Below are positions 16,731 through 25,642 of a stretch of 42,655 nt of DNA, piece after piece. The translations under genes and the position numbers were made by a program. The notes below the pieces were generated by a model, which saw only the letters and a program-made list of their open reading frames with translations, had not been told where the DNA came from and searched no databases. Each line of letters begins with the position of its first letter. Within the stretch, counting starts at the first letter, position 1. The DNA is from a virus (taxonomy: Duplodnaviria > Caudoviricetes), in the IMG/VR virus record IMGVR_UViG_3300003972_000019, positions 1 to 42,655 of that record; one strand, given 5' to 3'.

Positions 16731-18193
16731 TGGCCTGGTCGTGGTTCCCCGAGCGGCGGCCGCCGGCGCGGCGCGCGGTCGAGGCCAACCCCGCGCAGCT
16801 GGCCGTCACCGGCGCCGCCGGCGCGGGCTACGGCGGCTACGACCCCGTCGACGGCGAGCGCGGCTGGCGGTCGCTGGGACCCGGCGGTGGCCCGCGTGAA
16901 ATGCCGTGGATGACCCGCGAGCGGCAGCGCACGTTCAGCGTCGCCGCGTACCGCTACAACCCGATGGCCAAGGCCATCGTGGACACCTACATCTCGTTCG
17001 CGGTCGGCGACAAGGGCGTCAGCCTGGAGGGCACCAACCCCGACGTGCTGCGCGTGGCCAGCGAGTTCTGGACCGACCCCGCGGTCGCGCTCGGGCAGCG
17101 CCAGGAGCTGCTCATGCGCGACGCCATGCTGGCCGGTGAGCAGCTGCTGGAGCTGATGTCCGGTGTGCACAGCCACGCCGTGCGGTTCGCGCCGGTGGAC
17201 GTCTCGGCGATCGAGGACGTCACGTCGTACCTGGGCAACCCGTTGTGGCCCCACCAGGCGGTGCTGCGCCGCGGTGGCGACGAGCTGCGGCTGGACATCG
17301 TGCGCGTCGACGACCTCACCGGCCTGCGCGCCGGCGAGGCGACGTTCTTCGCACCGTGGAAGACCACCGCCACCGACACCCGCAGCCAGCCGTTCCTGGC
17401 CACGGTGCTGGACTGGCTGGACAGCTACGACACGATCCTGTCCAACCTCATCGACCGCACCGCCCTGGCGCGTTACATCGTGTGGGACGTCGAGGTCACC
17501 GGCACCCAGGACGACGTCGACAAGTACGTCGCCTCGCGCGGCGGCAACCGCATCCCCCGGTCCGGCTCGGTCGAGGTCCACAACGACAAGGTCAAGTGGG
17601 AACCGAAGGTCGCCCAGACCGGCGCGTACGAGGACAACGCCGCGAACCGGTCGGTGCTGACGATGGCGGCCGCCGGCTCGGGCCTGTCGCGCCACTGGCT
17701 GGCCGATCCCGAGGACGCCAACCGCGCCACCAGCCAGTCGATGGCCGAACCGGTGCGGCGCCGCATCCAGTCCGTGCAGCGCATGTGGCTGGACTACCAG
17801 ACCGAGCTGCCGCGCTTCGCGGTCGACCAGGCCGTGCGCGTGGGCCGGCTGCCGCGGCTGGTCGACGCGGTCGACCCGCGCACCAGCGAGCGCTACCGGG
17901 TGCCGGCCGCGCAGACCGTCACCGCGGTCGGGCCCGAGGTCGCCGCGGCCGACTCGCAGATCGCCGCGCAGGTGATGCTCAACCTGGCCACCGGCCTGGA
18001 GAAGCTGCGCACCATCGGCGCCCTGTCCCAGGAGGGCGCAGCCCTGGCCGCCAAGCGGTGCTGGGAGCAGTTCATGGGCGTGCCCTACGTCGCCGAGCTG
18101 GACAAGCCGGACACGGATCGGGACAAGCTCGCCGACCACATCGACAGCGCCAAGCCCGTCGAGCCCCAGCCCGCGCAGCCCGCGGTCGCCTGA
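16730..18193 (+). CDS. Portal protein
   Basis: 487 aa after terL; AYRYNPMAKAIVD, AMLAGE, GLSRHWLADPEDANRATSQSM. Confidence 0.85.
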   Translation: MAWSWFPERRPPARRAVEANPAQLAVTGAAGAGYGGYDPVDGERGWRSLGPGGGPREMPWMTRERQRTFSVAAYRYNPMAKAIVDTYISFAVGDKGVSLEGTNPDVLRVASEFWTDPAVALGQRQELLMRDAMLAGEQLLELMSGVHSHAVRFAPVDVSAIEDVTSYLGNPLWPHQAVLRRGGDELRLDIVRVDDLTGLRAGEATFFAPWKTTATDTRSQPFLATVLDWLDSYDTILSNLIDRTALARYIVWDVEVTGTQDDVDKYVASRGGNRIPRSGSVEVHNDKVKWEPKVAQTGAYEDNAANRSVLTMAAAGSGLSRHWLADPEDANRATSQSMAEPVRRRIQSVQRMWLDYQTELPRFAVDQAVRVGRLPRLVDAVDPRTSERYRVPAAQTVTAVGPEVAAADSQIAAQVMLNLATGLEKLRTIGALSQEGAALAAKRCWEQFMGVPYVAELDKPDTDRDKLADHIDSAKPVEPQPAQPAVA

Positions 18194-18235
18194 CCCACCA
18201 CCCCGCCACGCCACCCCCGGAAGGGGCCATCTGCC

Positions 18236-18676
18236 ATGTCCTCCCTGACCCGTGAGTACGTCGCCCAGGTCCTGGGCGCGCGGCTCGACGAGGTCCTCGA
18301 CGTCCAGGTCGAGGAAGACGACCTCTTCGCCGTGGTCACCCTGCACGCCGGCCCCCAGGGCGTGGTGCTCGGTGGCGGTGGCTGGTCGTTCGACCAGCTG
18401 TTCGTGCAGGACTGCCGCCGCGAGCTGGCCGAGCAGGCCGCGCGGCGGCTGGTCGGCGAACCCGACCAGCCCACCCACGTGCCGCCCCCGCCCCCGGCGC
18501 CCGCCGGCGAGGTCCCCACCGGCAGCGCCGACGACGTGCTGGCCTGGGTCGGCGACGACGTCGAGCGCGCGCGCCAGGCCCTGGCCGTCGAGGGCGGCCG
18601 CGAGAAGCCCCGACAGGGCCTGACCACCAAGCTGCTGGCGCTGGTCGAGCAGCCGCCCGCCGGTGACGGCGCATGA
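18236..18676 (+). CDS. Hypothetical head-region protein
   Basis: C-terminal VPTGSADDVLAWVGDDVERARQALAVE...KPRQGL resembles a small domain common in actinophage head genes. Confidence 0.7.
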   Translation: MSSLTREYVAQVLGARLDEVLDVQVEEDDLFAVVTLHAGPQGVVLGGGGWSFDQLFVQDCRRELAEQAARRLVGEPDQPTHVPPPPPAPAGEVPTGSADDVLAWVGDDVERARQALAVEGGREKPRQGLTTKLLALVEQPPAGDGA

Positions 18677-21057
18677 GCGCGGCCGCCAGCGAAGCGCTGG
18701 TCAACGGCCAGCGGTCCTACTCCGACCGCGGCGACCTGGTGCGCAAGGCGTTGCGCGCGCGGCTGATGGCCGAGTCCGGCGACACCTACCGGTGGTGCTG
18801 GGTCGTCGACATGACGCCCACCGACGTGGTCTACGAGGTCGACTCCGACCACCTGTGGCAGTGCCCGTACACCATCGACGACGCCGGCGAGGTGACCCTG
18901 GGCGAGCCCGTCCAGGTCGCCCGCACCTACGTGGCGGTCGGCTCGCCCGGCGGTGAGCCGGGCGAGTCCCTCACCAGCGCGGTCGAGAGCGCCCAGCCCG
19001 GCCAGCGTGACCACCTGGTGGGCCGCGTCCTGGAGTCCAAGGGCACCAGCTCGATCACCGGCGGCCGCGTCTACGCGGTGCGCATCATCAGCGTCGGCGA
19101 CAGCCTCAACGGCAACCGCTACGGCGAGTCCGTGCTGGCCGCCGCCGCGCCGCTCTACGAGGGCGCCAAGGCGTACAACCGGCACCGGTCCACCGAGGAC
19201 ATCAGCAGCGGCACCATCGAGGGCCTGGTGGGCCTCTACCGCAACGTCGAGGCCAGCGCCGCCGGCCTGGACGCCGAGCTGCACCTGTTCCCCTCGGCGA
19301 CCAGCACCGCCGAAGCGCTCGACGCCGCGCTGGCGGCCGAGGCCGAGGGCCTGCCGCCCACCGTCGGCATCAGCCACGACGTGCTCGGCAGCTTCACCTC
19401 GGTCACCGAGTCCGGCCGCTCGATCCGCGTGGCGCAGTCCATCAGCCACGTGTTCAGCGCCGACGTCGTCAGCCAGCCGGCGGCCGGCGGCAAGGCCACC
19501 CGCGTGGTCGCCGGCGGCATCCACCTCGACCACACCCCCGCCACCCACACCCGGGCGGCCGAGAACCAGCAGGAGTCGTCCATGACCGCACCGTCCACCG
19601 AGGCCGTGCTGGCCGCGCTGAAGGACGCCACGCCCGACCAGCTCGCCACGGTGGGCCTGGTGCGCGCGGGCGAGACCACCACGGCGGCCGCCACCGCCCC
19701 GGCCGCCGACCAGGGCGCCGCCAAGGAGGCCGCGCCGGCGCCCGCCGAGGTGTCCTACCCCAAGGACTCCTGGGCCGTGCGCGGCATGGTCCAGCACGTC
19801 GTCGGCAAGGCGGGCCTGCCCGAGGCCGTCACCGAAGCCGTGATCGAGGCCCTGCCGGCCGAGGTCACCCAGTCGGTCGTGACCGCCCAGCTGCGCGTGC
19901 TGCAGGAGGGCCTGGCCCTGGCCGAGCGCGCCGACCTGCGGCCGCGCACCGCCGAGACCTCGGTGACCCAGGACGAGCGCGACCGCAAGCGCCGGGCACT
20001 GGAGGACATGTTCGACACGCGCGACAACACCAAGGGCTACCCGTCGCTGCGCGAGGCGTTCTCCGACTGGACCGGCCTGCGGCCGCGGTCGTTCGACGAG
20101 GACTTCAACCGCAAGGTGTTCGAGTCCTCGTTCGGTGGCGGCCGCGCGTCCGAGTCGCTGGACTCCGGCGACTGGCCCAAGGCCCTGGCCGACACCATGA
20201 ACAAGAAGATGGTGGCCGAGTACAGCCTGCCCGAGCTGAACAGCTGGGAGAAGGTCGTCTCGTCCCAGGTCCGGGTGAACGACTTCAAGGACCAGAAGAT
20301 CATCCGCGTGGGCGGCTACGGCTCGCTGCCCGAGGTCGAGGAAGGCGCCCCCTACCAGCCGCTGACCTCCTCGACCGACGAGGAAGTCAAGTACCGCATC
20401 AGCAAGCGCGGCGGTACCGAGGACTTCACGATGGAGATGGTGGCCAACGACGACCTCAAGTCGCTGGCCCGCATCCCCACCGAGCTGGGCCGCGCCGCGG
20501 CGGTCACCCTCTACCGGTTCATCTGGGACCTGTTCACCAGCAACGCCACGGTCGACTACGACAGCACCCCGCTGTTCCACGCCGACCACGCCAACACCAC
20601 GGCGGTGGCGCTGTCCCAGTCCGGCCTGGACTCGCTGCGCGTGAAGATGCGCCGCCAGGCCCGCGCCAACACCCCGCTGGACATCCTGTCCCTGGTGCCG
20701 CGGCTGCTCATCGTGCCGCCGGAGCTGGAGGGCCTGGCCAAGCAGCTGACCACCAGCGCGGTGGCCATCCCGGCCAGCGGCAACGCCAGCAACATCCCCA
20801 ACCAGCACCAGGGCCTGGGCTACGAGGTCGTCGACTACTGGTCGGACCCCAACGACTGGTTCCTGCTGGCCGACCCGGGCAAGTGCCCCACCATCGAGGT
20901 GGGCTTCTACCAGGGCCAGAAGCTGCCGCAGATGTTCCAGCAGGTCGACCCGAACGTCGGCAGCGTGTTCGACGCCGACAAGTTCACGATCAAGATCCGG
21001 CACATCTACGGCGTGACCGTGGTCGACCACCGCGGCATGCAGCGCGGCACCGCCTGA
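18673..21057 (+). CDS. Fused prohead protease/scaffold plus major capsid protein (Mu gpT-like C-terminus)
   Basis: Protease-like SLNGNRY...YNRH...VGISH...SADVVSQPAAGG; Ala-rich linker; capsid motifs VNDFK...LPEVEEGAPY...MVANDDL...IPTELGRAAA...LFHADHAN...PRLLIVPPELE. Confidence 0.9.
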   Translation: MSAAASEALVNGQRSYSDRGDLVRKALRARLMAESGDTYRWCWVVDMTPTDVVYEVDSDHLWQCPYTIDDAGEVTLGEPVQVARTYVAVGSPGGEPGESLTSAVESAQPGQRDHLVGRVLESKGTSSITGGRVYAVRIISVGDSLNGNRYGESVLAAAAPLYEGAKAYNRHRSTEDISSGTIEGLVGLYRNVEASAAGLDAELHLFPSATSTAEALDAALAAEAEGLPPTVGISHDVLGSFTSVTESGRSIRVAQSISHVFSADVVSQPAAGGKATRVVAGGIHLDHTPATHTRAAENQQESSMTAPSTEAVLAALKDATPDQLATVGLVRAGETTTAAATAPAADQGAAKEAAPAPAEVSYPKDSWAVRGMVQHVVGKAGLPEAVTEAVIEALPAEVTQSVVTAQLRVLQEGLALAERADLRPRTAETSVTQDERDRKRRALEDMFDTRDNTKGYPSLREAFSDWTGLRPRSFDEDFNRKVFESSFGGGRASESLDSGDWPKALADTMNKKMVAEYSLPELNSWEKVVSSQVRVNDFKDQKIIRVGGYGSLPEVEEGAPYQPLTSSTDEEVKYRISKRGGTEDFTMEMVANDDLKSLARIPTELGRAAAVTLYRFIWDLFTSNATVDYDSTPLFHADHANTTAVALSQSGLDSLRVKMRRQARANTPLDILSLVPRLLIVPPELEGLAKQLTTSAVAIPASGNASNIPNQHQGLGYEVVDYWSDPNDWFLLADPGKCPTIEVGFYQGQKLPQMFQQVDPNVGSVFDADKFTIKIRHIYGVTVVDHRGMQRGTA

Positions 21058-21156
21058 CCCCAGGCACCACCCCCAGCGCGACCAGCGGCCCCGCCACACC
21101 CAGCGAACCGGTGGCGGGGCCGCTCGTGCGCCCCTACCAGCCTGAGGAGAAGGCAC

Positions 21157-21567
21157 GTGAGCACGCTCAAGGAGACCCGCGGCGACCTGGTGTACGGCTT
21201 CGCCGTGCCCGGCCAGGCCACCGCCGGCACCGCCGACGAGTGGGCCGGCTTCGTCTGCCCGCACAACGCCGAGATCACCGCGGTGAAGTGGATTCCCGCG
21301 GCCGCCGTGACCGCGAACGGCACGAACTACGCCGTGCTGTCGCTGCGCAACCGCGGCACGGACGGCACCGGCGACAACCTCGTCGCCTCCCGGTCCTACA
21401 TCGCCACCAACAGCGTGGCGTTCAAGGCCGACACGGCCACGCTGTCCGCCACCGCCGAGGACCGCCTGGTCGCCGCGGGCGAGGTGTTGACCTTCGAGAA
21501 GGTCAACACCGGAACGGGCTTGGCCATCCCGGACGGCTACGTCCAGGTCCACCTGCGCTGGCGCTGA
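21157..21567 (+). CDS. Probable capsid decoration protein
   Basis: Directly after the capsid gene with strong RBS GAGGAGAAGG; beta-rich, Ala/Thr/Gly-rich. Confidence 0.55.
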   Translation: MSTLKETRGDLVYGFAVPGQATAGTADEWAGFVCPHNAEITAVKWIPAAAVTANGTNYAVLSLRNRGTDGTGDNLVASRSYIATNSVAFKADTATLSATAEDRLVAAGEVLTFEKVNTGTGLAIPDGYVQVHLRWR

Positions 21568-21845
21568 TGGGCGCCCCGGTCACCCCGGTCGCGCTGACCG
21601 GTTCCGACCAGCTCGTCTACAGCGGACACGTCATCTACGCCGGTATCACCGTGCGCGAGACCGCCGCCGCCCCGGCCACCGTGCGGGTGTTCGACGGCAC
21701 GTCGGCGACCGGCACGCTGCTGGCCACCATCGGCCTGGCCGCGGGCCAGTCGGTCGACCTCGACCACGTCCGCGGCATCCGCGCCGCGCTGGGCGTGTAC
21801 GTCGACGTCACCGGCGCCGTCGAGGGTTCCGTCCGGCTCGCCTGA
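21567..21845 (+). CDS. Small virion structural protein
   Basis: TGATG coupling; MGAPVTPVALTGSDQLVYSG...FDGTSATG. Confidence 0.65.
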   Translation: MGAPVTPVALTGSDQLVYSGHVIYAGITVRETAAAPATVRVFDGTSATGTLLATIGLAAGQSVDLDHVRGIRAALGVYVDVTGAVEGSVRLA

Positions 21846-21909
21846 CCACCGGTGGCGCAGGCCGTGCCCTGCCTGCGCCACCGGTTCCCCACCTCGACTG
21901 GAGGTCAGC

Positions 21910-22869
21910 GTGGCACTCACGCGCGTGGCCCGCACGGCGCGGGCCCTGCTCGATCACGCCTTCTACGACCTCGACGGCGAGACGCCGCTGGCCGCGACCG
22001 GCGACGTCACCGTGGCGGTCGTCGACGCCAACGGCGCCACGGTGACCACCGGCACCGCCACCGCGGGCGCCGATGGCACCTACACCTGGACCCTGCCCGC
22101 GCAGGCCCAGCTCGCCGAGCTGCGCGTGTCCTGGACCGCGGTCCTGGACGGCACCACGGTGGTCGAGGTCGACCAGGTCGAAGTCGTCGGGGGCTTCTAC
22201 TTCACCGTCGCCGAGGGACGCGACAAGTACCAGGCCACCCGCAACTCGGCCCAGTACACCACCGCCGACGTGCTGGCCCGCCGCACCGAAGTGGAGATCG
22301 AGTGCGAGCGGATCTGTGCGCGCGCGTTCGTGCCGCGCTACCGGCGCGTGGTGCTCAACGGCTCGGGCACCACCGAGCTGGTGCTGCCGGACCCGCACGT
22401 GCGCACCATCCGGTCCGTGCGCATGGCACCCCGCGCCGACCGCACCTTCACCGCCTTCACCACCGCGCAGCTGGCCGCGCTGCACGAGGGCGGAGACCGG
22501 GTGCTGCGGCGCCTGGACGGCGAACGCTGGACCGAGGGCTACGGCAACGTGGTCGTCGAGTACGAGCACGGCCTGGACGCACCCCCGCCGGACCTGGTCG
22601 ACGCGGTGAAGACCCGCCTGCGCGACCGGCTCACCGACCCCACGTCGCGCACGTCGGACCGGGCGGTGTCCTACCGCTCGGTCACCGGTGGCGACTACAA
22701 GCTGGCCACCGCCACCGAGTTCACCACCGGCCTGCCCGACGTCGACGCGGTCTACGAGCGCTACTCGCTGCGCCCCAAGCGGGACAAGCAGGGCGGCGCC
22801 GCCAGCCGCACCCTGACCTTCGCGCCCCAGCGCTACTCGCTGTTCCACTTCGGGCCCGGTGACTACTGA
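21910..22869 (+). CDS. Head-to-tail adaptor with N-terminal Ig-like extension
   Basis: IECERICARAFVPR...LNGSG...NVVVEYEHGLDAPPPDL...TGLPDVDAVYERY; position. Confidence 0.75.
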   Translation: MALTRVARTARALLDHAFYDLDGETPLAATGDVTVAVVDANGATVTTGTATAGADGTYTWTLPAQAQLAELRVSWTAVLDGTTVVEVDQVEVVGGFYFTVAEGRDKYQATRNSAQYTTADVLARRTEVEIECERICARAFVPRYRRVVLNGSGTTELVLPDPHVRTIRSVRMAPRADRTFTAFTTAQLAALHEGGDRVLRRLDGERWTEGYGNVVVEYEHGLDAPPPDLVDAVKTRLRDRLTDPTSRTSDRAVSYRSVTGGDYKLATATEFTTGLPDVDAVYERYSLRPKRDKQGGAASRTLTFAPQRYSLFHFGPGDY

Positions 22870-23315
22870 TGGCCGGCATGAACGGCCTGGCCATCAAGCG
22901 CGCCGTGCACGCCCGCCTGGCCGCCGCCACCGAGCTGCAGGACGTGCAGGTCGACCGCCACCTCGACGAGCACGTCACCGCGCACGACTACGTGTTCTTC
23001 GGCGAGCTGGAGTTCGACCACCGCTACGTGACCCTGGGCGGTGGCCCGCGCCGCGAGCGCGACGAGACCTGCTACCTGCACGTCTACGTCGACGTGTGGA
23101 ACCACGGCAACGACCTGGACGCGGTCGAGGACCGGGCCGTGGAGATCGGCCGCGTCCTGGAGGAACTGCTGGCCGAGGACCCCGGCCTCGACCACCTGCC
23201 CGGCCTGGTCTACGGCGGGGTGGCCAGCGGCGAGTTCTTCTACGAGACCGGCGTGAAGGGGCGCGTGGGCGTGTCGCTGGTCTACCGCCTGATGTTCGAG
23301 TCCCGCCTGACCTGA
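22869..23315 (+). CDS. Tail terminator / completion protein
   Basis: Size, position, and RRERDE...LLAEDPGL motifs. Confidence 0.65.
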   Translation: MAGMNGLAIKRAVHARLAAATELQDVQVDRHLDEHVTAHDYVFFGELEFDHRYVTLGGGPRRERDETCYLHVYVDVWNHGNDLDAVEDRAVEIGRVLEELLAEDPGLDHLPGLVYGGVASGEFFYETGVKGRVGVSLVYRLMFESRLT

Positions 23316-23335
23316 CCCCCGCCCTGGAGGACCCC

Positions 23336-23551
23336 GTGCCCCCGCGCACCCGACGCATCGTCTACACCGGCCCGCACGACGCGGTGTCCATCCCGCAGCT
23401 GCCCGGCGTCGTGGTCCGGCGCGGCGAGCCGATCAGCACCAGCCCCGACCTCACCGACGCCCTGCTGCGGCAGGACACCTGGTCCGAGGTCGACGAGCCC
23501 AAGACCAAGCCCGCGGCCGCGGCTGCGGCCGCCCCGGAGGTGACCGCATGA
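23336..23551 (+). CDS. Small hypothetical protein before the major tail gene
   Basis: GTG after GGAGGA; IVYTGPHDAVSIP... Confidence 0.65.
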   Translation: MPPRTRRIVYTGPHDAVSIPQLPGVVVRRGEPISTSPDLTDALLRQDTWSEVDEPKTKPAAAAAAAPEVTA

Positions 23552-24510
23552 CCAGCGGCCTGTTCGCGCAGCTCGGCATGGCGGCCGAGACCACCTACGG
23601 CGACCCCGCCACCGTGTCGCGGTTCTTCGCGTTCCTCGACGAGTCGATGGACCACACCATCGGGCGCCTGGAGTCCGCGGGCCTGCACCCGGGCAAGCGC
23701 GTCCTGCGCTCCGAGGACTGGGCCGCGAGCGAGAAGGCGGTGGCCGGCGCCATGAGCGTCGAGCTGAAGACCAAGGGCCTGGGCCTGCTGCTCAAGCACT
23801 GCTTCGGCAGCGTGGCCACGTCCCAGCCGGACGCCGCCGGCGCCCCGACCGTCTACGAGCACCTGTTCACCCCGGGCACCCTGCCCGCGGCGACCGTCCA
23901 GGTGGGGCGCCCGGACAGCTCGGGCACCGTGCAGCCGTTCACCTACACCGGCTGCGTGGTCAAGGACTGGGAGCTGTCCGTCGACGCCAAGGGCATCGGC
24001 CGGCTGCAGGTCAACTTCGTGGGCCAGGACGAGGTGCTCGACGAGCCCCTGGCCACCGCGGTCTACCCGACCTCACCGGTGCTGCTGACCTGGGTCCAGG
24101 GCACGGTCACCGTCGCCGGCGGCGCCGCGCGGGTCAAGAAGTTCAGCATCAAGGCCACGCACAGTCTCGACGACGACGACTACGCGCTGGGCTCCCAGCT
24201 GCGCGACAAGCCCGAGGAGAACGGGCTGCGCGAGATCACCGGCACCATCGAGGCCGAGTTCGACGGGCTGACCGACTACAACCGGTTCCGCGCCGGCACC
24301 GAGCACGCCGTGGTGCTCGACTTCGTCGGGCCCACCATCAGCGGCGCCCACAAGTACGGCCTCACCGTGACCGTGAACGCGCGGTTCGACGGCAAGACGC
24401 CGGCGGTGTCCGGCCCGGGGATCATCACCCGCAGCCTGCCGTTCAAGGTCATCGACAACGGCACGACCAGCTACAAGGCCCTGTACCGCACCACCGACGC
24501 CACGCCGTAG
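23548..24510 (+). CDS. Major tail tube protein
   Basis: QLGMAAETTYG...F..F.DES...YEHLFTPG...FTYTGCVV...REITGTIEAEF; siphovirus tube pattern. Confidence 0.9.
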   Translation: MTSGLFAQLGMAAETTYGDPATVSRFFAFLDESMDHTIGRLESAGLHPGKRVLRSEDWAASEKAVAGAMSVELKTKGLGLLLKHCFGSVATSQPDAAGAPTVYEHLFTPGTLPAATVQVGRPDSSGTVQPFTYTGCVVKDWELSVDAKGIGRLQVNFVGQDEVLDEPLATAVYPTSPVLLTWVQGTVTVAGGAARVKKFSIKATHSLDDDDYALGSQLRDKPEENGLREITGTIEAEFDGLTDYNRFRAGTEHAVVLDFVGPTISGAHKYGLTVTVNARFDGKTPAVSGPGIITRSLPFKVIDNGTTSYKALYRTTDATP

Positions 24511-24525
24511 AAGAGGTGGTCGCCG

Positions 24526-25122
24526 GTGTCCAGATACGTCGTGGGCACCGGCGACTTCACCGAGCTGGCCCGCCGGATGCACGCCGCGGGCAGCGAGGGC
24601 AAGGGCCTGCGCCGCGAGATCACCAAGACCCTGCGCCAAGGGGTCACCCCGCTGGTCGACGAGGCCCGCGACAACGTCGACGACCTGCCCGTACGGGGCG
24701 TGAAGCTGGGCAAGCGCGGCAAACCGCTGCGGCGGGACGGCGCCTCGGCGCGCGCCGCCCGCGCCGCCCACACCCTGCGCAACCGCAAGCGCCCCAGCGA
24801 GCGGCTCAAGCAGAAGGCGTACAGCAACAGCCGGCTGCGCGTGACCGTGGCCCGCGCGGTCAGCGCCAAGGTCACCACCAGCGCCGCGTCGGCGAGCCTG
24901 CGCGTGCGCGCGGCCCAGCGCGCCATGCCCCCCGACCAGCGGCGCCTGCCGCGCTACCTCAACCGGGGCCGCTGGCGTCACCCGGTGTTCGGCAACAAGC
25001 GCAAGTGGGTCGAGCAGGTCGCGCCGCCGGCGTGGTTCGACGACGCCGCCGAGCACCAGGGCCCGATCGTGCGCGGCCGCACCCTCAACACCGTGGACAC
25101 GTACCTCAAGAAACTCGTGTGA
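24526..25122 (+). CDS. HK97 gp10-like neck/tail component
   Basis: Basic protein; GRWRHPVFGN..WVEQ...WF motif. Confidence 0.6.
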   Translation: MSRYVVGTGDFTELARRMHAAGSEGKGLRREITKTLRQGVTPLVDEARDNVDDLPVRGVKLGKRGKPLRRDGASARAARAAHTLRNRKRPSERLKQKAYSNSRLRVTVARAVSAKVTTSAASASLRVRAAQRAMPPDQRRLPRYLNRGRWRHPVFGNKRKWVEQVAPPAWFDDAAEHQGPIVRGRTLNTVDTYLKKLV

Positions 25123-25141
25123 GACAAGGACATCAGGGCAC

Positions 25142-25522
25142 ATGGCCATCTTCCGATCCCCCGATCTGGGCGAGTTCCCGTTCGACCGCAGCAAGCTGCT
25201 CAACACCGAGGCCATCGTCCTGGAGCGCGTCACCGGCGCGAAGCTCAAGGACATCATCGCCGACTTCAACGACAACTTCGGGCCGCTGGGCGTGAGCGCG
25301 TTCCTGTGGCTGGCGATGCGCCGCGCCGGGCACCACGTGCGCTTCGAAGACCTCGAGTTCGACATGGCCACGTTGGGCTACGACCGGTCCGACGAGTCCC
25401 CCGACCGGCGCGAGCGCGACGAGACCGCGGACCCTACGGCGGCCGCCGAGCCGAAGGCGGCATCGCGCACGGCGCGGCGGACGGCGGCTGGCTCGAAGAC
25501 GAGGTCGACCGCTTCCGCTTGA
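25142..25522 (+). CDS. Tail assembly chaperone (gpG-like)
   Basis: Upstream of the tape measure gene; AFLWLAMRRAG...F.DLEF; DPT near the C-terminus. Confidence 0.75.
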   Translation: MAIFRSPDLGEFPFDRSKLLNTEAIVLERVTGAKLKDIIADFNDNFGPLGVSAFLWLAMRRAGHHVRFEDLEFDMATLGYDRSDESPDRRERDETADPTAAAEPKAASRTARRTAAGSKTRSTASA

Positions 25523-25638
25523 GGTTCTGGGTCCATCTGCGCACCGACCCGGTGCTGCTGGACCAGCTGACCCACAACGACTACCTGCTGGGCCGCGAGT
25601 ACATCACCCAGCTCGAAGACACACGACGGGCCAGGTGA
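25432..25638 (+). CDS. Tail assembly chaperone -1 frameshift extension (gpGT-like)
   Basis: -1 frame open from GAC CCT ACG (25430-25438) to TGA 25638: ...FWVHLRTDPVLLDQLTHNDYL; no RBS of its own seen. Confidence 0.6.
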   Translation, partial: PYGGRRAEGGIAHGAADGGWLEDEVDRFRLRFWVHLRTDPVLLDQLTHNDYLLGREYITQLEDTRRAR

Positions 25639-25642
25639 TCCG

